Source of the DNA: an uncultured Gammaproteobacteria bacterium | GTDB taxonomy: Bacteria; Cyanobacteriota; Vampirovibrionia; LMEP-6097 | Length of the DNA: 31,894 bases | Direction of reading: 5' to 3' | Assembly (NCBI GenBank): GCA_964444015.1 | Contig: CAYUFH010000003.1 | Coordinates: forward strand, 9,180 to 41,073 | Shown: one piece after another, positions 25,943-31,894 of the stretch | Numbering within the stretch: the first letter of the stretch is position 1 | Layout: the number at the start of each line of letters is the position of its first letter | Position numbers and translations under genes: made by a program | Notes under the pieces: generated by a model | What the model was told of the DNA's origin: nothing | The model's database searches: none | What the model saw: only the letters and a program-made list of their open reading frames with translations

Positions 25943-28091
25943 ATAGTTTTTTGTAGGTCCAATAGTTGGCTAGAACCTTTTTGACGTAATTGCGAGTTTC
26001 GCTGTATGGAATATCTTCGATAAATAAATCCATATCAGTAGCACCTTTATTCATCCATTGAGCTACGGCTGTTGGTCCAGCATTGTATGAAGCGACGGCG
26101 CAAACCATATTGTTAGAAAATCTCTCGAACACATCCTCCATATATCTAATACCAAGCTTGATATTAATTGCCGGGTCTTTAAGTGCATTAATATCTGGTG
26201 AACTGATACTTAATCTGCGTGCTAGATCACGCGCTGTAAACGGCATCACTTGCATTAAACCTACTGCTCCAGCTTTACTGTTGATGTCAGGTCTATAGTG
26301 AGACTCTTGTTTGATCAAAGCTTGTGCCAGCATTGGATCTACTAAGCGACGCTTACCAGCTTCATCAGCGATTAAATCTGCGTATGGTAGTGGGTAAGCG
26401 AAGAATAACCTCTTATCGCTAACATCGATATTACCCTTCATATGTTCTACCGCCATATGTCCGGTTTTGATAGCTGAATAAGTGTCGCCAGCCTGAGCAT
26501 ATAACCACATCTTGAGATTCTCATCGAGCTTGTATTGATTAGCTTCACCGTCAGAATCTAATAAAGCACTATATTGTTCAATCGCAATTAATTCAGCAAC
26601 TTCATTACCGTAACGTTCTTGCAACTCATCTTCAGTAGCTATATCTGGCCAACGCCAATTAGGGTAAGAGCTAAACTCGTTAACTCCCGGTAGTAGATAC
26701 CATTTATTCTTCTTAGCAAGAACTTGCTCAGCCCTGAAACGATAGTAATCAAGCGGGTGTTCTTCAATGATATTTTGCAAAGTAGCATTCGCCATATTGT
26801 TATCACCCTGCTGCTGCCAGAGTTTAGCTGCCCAAAACGCGACGAAAGCATGAGATTTAGACTCTGGATATCTTTCCCAATGTTGCTTAGCTATAGCCAG
26901 AGCATTATGATTAGCTCCGCGCTTATACTCTTTCCAGAACACAGTCGCCATGCTCTCTGGAGCGTAGAAACTATCAGGATAGCCCTCGTAAATAGCTTGA
27001 TAATCCTCTTTGATTTTGGAGAGTTCAGCGATATGCCACAAGACTTTATCGCGATGTTTCTGCATGCGTGGGGCAAGAGTACGCAGCTGATTTATGCTTG
27101 CTGTTTCTGAACTGAGACCTAAGAGATACTCAATAGCATTCTTAGCAACTTCATCATTAGCCTCGCCTGGTATACGTCTATAAAGTAGCGCTAGTGCTTC
27201 TTGTCTTTTGCCAGCCTTAGCAAGAGCGGTAGCGTGTTCTAGTAATGGTGAGCCATTGGCGTTGAAATAACTTAGGGCTTTACTGTAATCACCATGACTG
27301 TAATAACTTAGCCCCAGTTCTTTATGCAAGTCTGCAAATTGTTTACGCTCGGCATCAGTCATGCCCGCAACTTCATCGGCGACTAAACTAGCTAAATTTC
27401 CCATAGGACTTTTAACTAAGTAGTTACGCAGATAAGCTATCTTGCATTCTCTATCATCAGCACCACAAAGATTCGCTAAATAGTAATTAGAACCAATAGC
27501 AAAATCAGACTCGGGAGCACTAGCCTGCACTGCCATAAACTTGTCGCGCGCCTTTTCGACTGCGTTTTGGCGTAAATATGATTTAGCCAGTTCGTAGCTA
27601 TAACGCGGGTCCTTAGAGAATTTCTGCGCTAGATTTTCGTAGATTTCTGTCGCCAGGCGTTCAAGCCCGATGCGCTCTGCCATCTTAGCGAGCTTGTAAC
27701 TAGCGAAACGCGGCAAATAATCTCTATCTATAAGGTAGTAATAATGGAAGGCTAAAGCTTCTTCACCCATTTTTTCATAGATGGCAGCGAGCAAGACATT
27801 ACGTCTATTCTCAAGTTTAGTTGGCAAGCCACTAAAACTATCTAATTGACTTGTACCTAATTTAGCGTCAGTTTTAGCTAGAGTATAAGCTGTGCGAATT
27901 TTGGCTTCAAGTGCTTTAAATTCAGCATCACTTACTCTTGGTCCACTGCTAGAAATATCAGTATAAAAATATACAGCGAAGGCAACCGCGAGAGCAGCAA
28001 CTGCCGCGTACACTATGCGTAATTTTGAAGATTTGAAATTGCCTGATTTTAGTCCTGGTAATTTGATATCAGGGATTCGTAGTTTCGCCAC
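25935..28091 (-). CDS. slt: Slt-type lytic transglycosylase with N-terminal TM anchor and TPR-like helices (track start 28130; GTG at 28091 preferred)
   Basis: IKQESHY, AGAVGLMQVMP, SYNAGP and IPYSETRNYVKKV motifs. TATAAT (28104-28099) is 7 nt before GTG 28091; the track start lies inside a repeat. Confidence 0.88.
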   Translation of the reverse strand: MAKLRIPDIKLPGLKSGNFKSSKLRIVYAAVAALAVAFAVYFYTDISSSGPRVSDAEFKALEAKIRTAYTLAKTDAKLGTSQLDSFSGLPTKLENRRNVLLAAIYEKMGEEALAFHYYYLIDRDYLPRFASYKLAKMAERIGLERLATEIYENLAQKFSKDPRYSYELAKSYLRQNAVEKARDKFMAVQASAPESDFAIGSNYYLANLCGADDRECKIAYLRNYLVKSPMGNLASLVADEVAGMTDAERKQFADLHKELGLSYYSHGDYSKALSYFNANGSPLLEHATALAKAGKRQEALALLYRRIPGEANDEVAKNAIEYLLGLSSETASINQLRTLAPRMQKHRDKVLWHIAELSKIKEDYQAIYEGYPDSFYAPESMATVFWKEYKRGANHNALAIAKQHWERYPESKSHAFVAFWAAKLWQQQGDNNMANATLQNIIEEHPLDYYRFRAEQVLAKKNKWYLLPGVNEFSSYPNWRWPDIATEDELQERYGNEVAELIAIEQYSALLDSDGEANQYKLDENLKMWLYAQAGDTYSAIKTGHMAVEHMKGNIDVSDKRLFFAYPLPYADLIADEAGKRRLVDPMLAQALIKQESHYRPDINSKAGAVGLMQVMPFTARDLARRLSISSPDINALKDPAINIKLGIRYMEDVFERFSNNMVCAVASYNAGPTAVAQWMNKGATDMDLFIEDIPYSETRNYVKKVLANYWTYKKLYA

Positions 28092-28116
28092 AATCAATAT
28101 TATATATGTAGTACTT

Positions 28117-28187
28117 GTCATCCTGAGCACGAAGTGCGAAGGATCACCGTGCGCTATCTAGAGATCCTTCGCTGTGCTCAGGATGAC
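28117..28187. repeat. Palindromic REP-like element, family B
   Basis: GTCATCCTGAGCAC/GTGCTCAGGATGAC (14 bp) plus GCGAAGGATC/GATCCTTCGC (10 bp), with a 17-nt loop. Confidence 0.85.
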
Positions 28188-28195
28188 GCTACGCG

Positions 28196-29266
28196 TCACT
28201 TATTTGCCAACTGTCCGCAGGCTGCGTCGATATCATGTCCTCGTTCTCTGCGTGTAGTTACAGTTTTATTACGACTTGCTGTCTCTAAGGTCTGAGCGAA
28301 AGCCCTAATAGTCGTGTCTGATGATCTTTGGAATGGATCGGTCACATCAGTGGTGTTGTAAGGAATTAAATTGATATTGCAATGTAAGTGTTGTACTAGT
28401 TTACCTAGCGATTCTGCTTTAGCTTGCGAATCGTTACGATCACGCAGCATCGCATATTCTATAGTCACACGGCGATTAGTTTTATCGACGTAATTCTGCA
28501 AAGCAGCGATCACTTCTTTAACCGGCCACTTCTTGTTAATCGGTACTAAGTAATCTCTATCGGCATCATCAGGATCGTGCAGACTCAAAGCAAGATTTAC
28601 TTGCATTCCTTCTTCAGCAAGTTTCAGCATCGCTGGCACCACACCACTGGTAGAAACAGTAATATGACGCACGCCGATTCCAACTAGATGACGAAATTTA
28701 TTAATCGAAGAGACCACATTATCGTAGTTATTGAGCGGCTCTCCCTGCCCCATGAATACTAGGTTATCGATGCGCTCACCAGTAATATGCTGCATCAATA
28801 GAACTTGCTCTATGATCTCATCAGCACTTAGATTACGTTTGAAACCTACAGTACCCGTCGCACAGAATGGACATTTCACCGCGCAACCAACTTGTGAGCT
28901 GATGCAGGCTGTGATTCGCGTTTTAGGATCCTCGTCTTCATTGAGCGGTACATTAGTCATCGGCATAAATACCGACTCTATAGTGTCACCATGCAAAGTT
29001 GCGAATAAAAATTTCTGAGTGCCGTCTTGGCTGATCTGATGTTTAGCTATGCTCAGTGATCCGATAGGATTAGCGGCGAGTAACTCGCGTGCCTTCGGTG
29101 AAAGATCCGTCATCTTAGTCGGGTCACGCTCTGATTTAGAATATATCCATTTAAAGATTTGCTTAGCTCTGAATTTCTCTAAGCCTAGGCTTAGAACGTG
29201 GGTTTCTAGCTCAGTCATGTCCATGCCGATTAGGGGTTTATAAGTAGTAGTGGCGTCTGCAGGCAC
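28196..29266 (-). CDS. rlmN: Dual-specificity RNA methyltransferase RlmN
   Basis: CISSQVGCAVKCPFCATG, MGQGEP, STSG and IDAACGQL motifs. Extended -10 TG-C-TAAAAT is 9 nt before the GTG. Confidence 0.95.
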   Translation of the reverse strand: MPADATTTYKPLIGMDMTELETHVLSLGLEKFRAKQIFKWIYSKSERDPTKMTDLSPKARELLAANPIGSLSIAKHQISQDGTQKFLFATLHGDTIESVFMPMTNVPLNEDEDPKTRITACISSQVGCAVKCPFCATGTVGFKRNLSADEIIEQVLLMQHITGERIDNLVFMGQGEPLNNYDNVVSSINKFRHLVGIGVRHITVSTSGVVPAMLKLAEEGMQVNLALSLHDPDDADRDYLVPINKKWPVKEVIAALQNYVDKTNRRVTIEYAMLRDRNDSQAKAESLGKLVQHLHCNINLIPYNTTDVTDPFQRSSDTTIRAFAQTLETASRNKTVTTRRERGHDIDAACGQLANK

Positions 29267-29327
29267 GGAAGGCTGATTTTAGCATATTTGTGATACTTAT
29301 TAATTGCAGCGTAATTCTGATATATGC

Positions 29328-29642
29328 ATGTCAAAATTACGGACTAAAAGCCTTGTCCTGAGCCAATTTATATGAATAGTTAGCAAAATAAGCCTGATAT
29401 GTATTGAACTAATGGTTAAGCGAATACGTGCGATAAAACCTAGAGTGATAGTTTTACCTGAAGATGGTGTGGGTACAGGGATTGCTAATTTACCATTGGG
29501 CGCTCCGGCAACTTTTGCTGCACTCAATGAAATTTTAAAACAAGAAATTGGTGTAGCTATGCAGCTTACAAATAGAGGTTGGCGCTTTGAGGCTGCTCTT
29601 AATACTAGGCCTGCCAATGAAGAGTTAGCTCTCGCAGCTTAA
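29328..29642 (+). pseudogene. Small ORF (29412-29642, 76 aa), possibly the remnant of a longer frame broken by one TGA
   Basis: ATG 29328 is in frame with ATG 29412, with a single TGA at 29373-29375. Contains VLPEDGVGTGIANLP and ends ANEELALAA. Confidence 0.35.
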
Positions 29643-29679
29643 GCCCCGCGCAAGAATAATTCTTTAGCAATAATCAATC
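29638..29679. repeat. Direct repeat copy 1 (displaced 3' end of the acyl-CoA dehydrogenase; att-like)
   Basis: 39/42 identical to 31133-31174; the minus strand encodes [12 protein letters not shown]. Confidence 0.85.
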
Positions 29680-31132
29680 CAGAATGCCCTTACTTAAATA
29701 TGAGTATAAATTAATCTTACCCCACCCGTCTGCTTGCTATTATATATGTAAGGGTTAATTTGGCATGGATTACACAAACCAGCTGGATATTGCTATTTAT
29801 GAGGCTAAGGACGGGCAACTTGCTATTGACGTCAAACTTGAGAATGACACGGTTTGGCTTAGCCAGAAGCAAATGTCTCAACTCTTTAAGAAGGATGTAA
29901 GGACGATAAATGAGCATATACAGAATGTTTATAACGAAGAAGAATTAGATCCTATTCCAACTATCCGGAATTTCCGGATAGTTCAAAATGAAGGTAATAG
30001 AGAGATTTCGCGGGAGCTCGATTTTTATAATCTTGACGTCGTTATTTCCGTTGGTTACCGTGTTAAATCAAAAGAAGGCATCCAATTTAGGATCTGGGCA
30101 ACCAAGATTCTGCGTGAACACCTCGTCCAGGGTTTTACTATCAACCAGAAGCAATTACAAACTAAAGGTCTTAAGGAATTTGAGAATGCTGTTGCTTTAA
30201 TCAGAAATGTAATTTCTAATACGGAGCTAACCAATGATCAAAGTCTTGGTTTGCTTGACGTAGTTACCAAATACGCTAGCTCCTGGGCTCTATTGCAGCA
30301 ATATGACGACAATAAATTAATCCAACCCAAAAATTCGTCAAAGCCAATCTTCGCTCTGGACTATAGTGAAGCTCAAAATGCCATTGCTATTTTAAAGAAT
30401 CAGTTGCTTCAAAGCAATAAATTTATAAGTCTTTTTGGCAAAGAAAGAGATGAAATGTTTGCAGCTGTAATGGGTAACATTTATCAAACTTTTGATCGTG
30501 ACGAACTATACCCCAACATTGAATCTAAAGCTGCTCACCTACTGTATTTCATAATAAAAGACCACCCCTTCTTTGATGGCAACAAACGAATAGCATCTCT
30601 TTTATTTATTGTATTCTTGGCAAAAAATAATTATTTGTTAGATGTTAAGGGTGAGCGTAAATTTAATGACAATGCACTTGTTGCATTAGCTCTATTGGTG
30701 GCAGAAAGTGATCCAAAACAAAAGGAAATTATGATTTTGTTGATTATGAATTTAATAGCGGGAGGTTTTTAATGGAGCAAGGTAAATATCACGAATTAAA
30801 CGAGGTTGAAGAGTGGCTTAAATCTCAAGCTTATATATCAGGGCTTGATGAGTGTGAATGCTCAAATCTACTTAGAGGCTGGTTTAAGTATGATGGTTTG
30901 CGCGAGAGAGTACTATCAAAACTAAATCTAAAAGAAGCCGAGAAGAATAACAAAAATAAGAAGACAGTAGCTCTTATAGGTTCTATCCTCGGGGAACTAG
31001 AAGATATTTTACGTGAGGAATTATGGGACTACGCTCATACTCTTGAAACGAGCAGAGAAAAAGTTCAGGAGTTTGTCCTAGGACTAGGTATAGGCCACTA
31101 CTTAAGAGCAGGATCAAGTCCGAAGGCTAAAT
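29680..31132. mobile_element. ~1.45-kb genomic islet inserted at the acyl-CoA dehydrogenase 3' end; no integrase inside
   Basis: Bounded by the 42-bp direct repeats; carries a RhuM-Fic gene and an ORFan. Confidence 0.75.
29765..30772 (+). CDS. RhuM-family N-terminal domain plus Fic/Doc domain protein
   Basis: TVWLSQKQM, YNLDVVISVGYRVKS and QFRIWAT (RhuM-like); HPFFDGNKR (Fic/Doc motif). Confidence 0.88.
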   Translation: MDYTNQLDIAIYEAKDGQLAIDVKLENDTVWLSQKQMSQLFKKDVRTINEHIQNVYNEEELDPIPTIRNFRIVQNEGNREISRELDFYNLDVVISVGYRVKSKEGIQFRIWATKILREHLVQGFTINQKQLQTKGLKEFENAVALIRNVISNTELTNDQSLGLLDVVTKYASSWALLQQYDDNKLIQPKNSSKPIFALDYSEAQNAIAILKNQLLQSNKFISLFGKERDEMFAAVMGNIYQTFDRDELYPNIESKAAHLLYFIIKDHPFFDGNKRIASLLFIVFLAKNNYLLDVKGERKFNDNALVALALLVAESDPKQKEIMILLIMNLIAGGF

Positions 31133-31137
31133 CTTAA
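30772..31137 (+). CDS. Hypothetical protein coupled to RhuM-Fic
   Basis: 121 aa; TAATG overlap with the upstream gene; stop overlaps the dehydrogenase stop. Confidence 0.65.
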   Translation: MEQGKYHELNEVEEWLKSQAYISGLDECECSNLLRGWFKYDGLRERVLSKLNLKEAEKNNKNKKTVALIGSILGELEDILREELWDYAHTLETSREKVQEFVLGLGIGHYLRAGSSPKAKS

Positions 31138-31174
31138 GCTCCACGCAAGAACAATTCTTTAGCAATAATCAATC
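31133..31174. repeat. Direct repeat copy 2 (functional 3' end of the acyl-CoA dehydrogenase; att-like)
   Basis: 39/42 identical to 29638-29679. Confidence 0.85.
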
Positions 31175-31894
31175 TCTGTATCTGTGAAGTACCTTCATAG
31201 ATTTGATAGATCTTCGCGTCGCGCATTAATTTTTCAACAGGATACTCGCGAGAATAACCATAACCACCGAATATTTGCACTGCGTTAGTTGAGTGTTTCA
31301 TCGCAGCATCGGCAGCGAAACCTTTAGCGAAGCTAGCGAACTTAGTATTACGCACGCCGCTATCGATCATGCAAGCAGATTTCCAAGTAAGTAATCTAGC
31401 TGCTTCATAATCCATCGCCATGTCAGCAACCATAAAACTTATAGCTTGGTGCATCGCGATTGGCACACCAAAAGAAGTTCTTTCCATAGCGTACTGTTTA
31501 GAGTTCTCTAATGATGCGCGGATAATAGAGGTCGCACCAGCTGCTACAGTAGGACGAGTTCTATCAAAAGCACCCATAGTGAATTTGAAGCCATCACCTT
31601 CAGCACCAAGACGATTCGCTGCTGGAATTTTTACATTCTCGAAACTTACAGCATGAGTAGAGCTTGCGCGCTGACCCATCATATCTTCTTTTTTCTGCAC
31701 GGTTACACCTGGCAGATCTGCTGGCACTACAAAGCTTGAAAGTCCTTTGTGACCTGCGTTAGGATCAGTTACCGCTAGTACATAGAACCATTTAGCGTAC
31801 TTAGCACCAGTGATCCATTGTTTGTTACCGTTGATAATATACTCGTCACCAACTTTCTTAGCAGTAGTCTTCACGCCCGCCACGTCAGAACCGC
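31134..31894 (-). CDS. Acyl-CoA dehydrogenase, C-terminal part (runs off the right edge)
   Basis: The frame extends past the track start as GSDVAG. Motifs [38 protein letters not shown] and [10 protein letters not shown]. Confidence 0.95.
   Translation of the reverse strand, partial: GSDVAGVKTTAKKVGDEYIINGNKQWITGAKYAKWFYVLAVTDPNAGHKGLSSFVVPADLPGVTVQKKEDMMGQRASSTHAVSFENVKIPAANRLGAEGDGFKFTMGAFDRTRPTVAAGATSIIRASLENSKQYAMERTSFGVPIAMHQAISFMVADMAMDYEAARLLTWKSACMIDSGVRNTKFASFAKGFAADAAMKHSTNAVQIFGGYGYSREYPVEKLMRDAKIYQIYEGTSQIQRLIIAKELFLRGA

Noticed and set aside
28092-28130. Track start of slt (MLRMTSTT...)
   Set aside because: It starts inside the family B hairpin; a TATAAT box lies within this extension, 7 nt before GTG 28091.
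29300-29617. 105-aa minus-strand ORF
   Set aside because: Antisense to the 76-aa + ORF, with no recognisable features; treated as a shadow, though neither ORF is firmly established.
29267-29700. tmRNA (ssrA) gene, suggested by the ANEELALAA tag-like peptide and smpB in the window
   Set aside because: No tRNA-like 5' end (GGGG..TTCGAC) or 3' T-arm/CCA found. The sequence after the stop is the duplicated dehydrogenase end. I saw no ssrA next to smpB either.
2473-31656. Remaining short (60-130 aa) track ORFs nested in or antisense to identified genes
   Set aside because: Fully overlapped by well-supported genes, with no motifs or translation signals.

Overview
A 31.9 kb, densely coded bacterial chromosome segment. 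The L34 and RlmD sequences look cyanobacteria-like and no photosynthesis genes are present, so a non-photosynthetic cyanobacterial relative (Vampirovibrionia/Melainabacteria) is my tentative guess. Most genes are scattered housekeeping genes: pgi (partial), sdhB, smpB, bioF, ubiX, nadA, rpmF, rpmH-rnpA, rlmD, tsaD, an RNase H, phoX, an Slt-type transglycosylase, rlmN, an acyl-CoA dehydrogenase (partial) and isolated ABC-transporter subunits. Several ORFans lie between them. Main unusual items: (1) a stand-alone type III export-gate operon, fliP-fliQ-fliR, where FliQ carries a ~245-aa low-complexity tail and fliR is coupled to an unknown secreted protein, with no other flagellar or injectisome genes in the window; (2) a ~1.45 kb integrase-less islet (RhuM/Doc-like Fic plus ORFan) flanked by a 42-bp direct repeat of the acyl-CoA dehydrogenase 3' end whose 3 mismatches are all synonymous; (3) a GTCAT...ATGAC palindromic repeat family that has entered coding sequences, supplying two stop codons, most of a predicted signal peptide and a TsaD loop; (4) many -10 boxes 7-10 nt before SD-less start codons, suggesting leaderless mRNAs; (5) two ncRNA candidates and a predicted catalytically dead TPR-SGNH protein. 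All family calls come from motif recognition by eye; no database searches were run.
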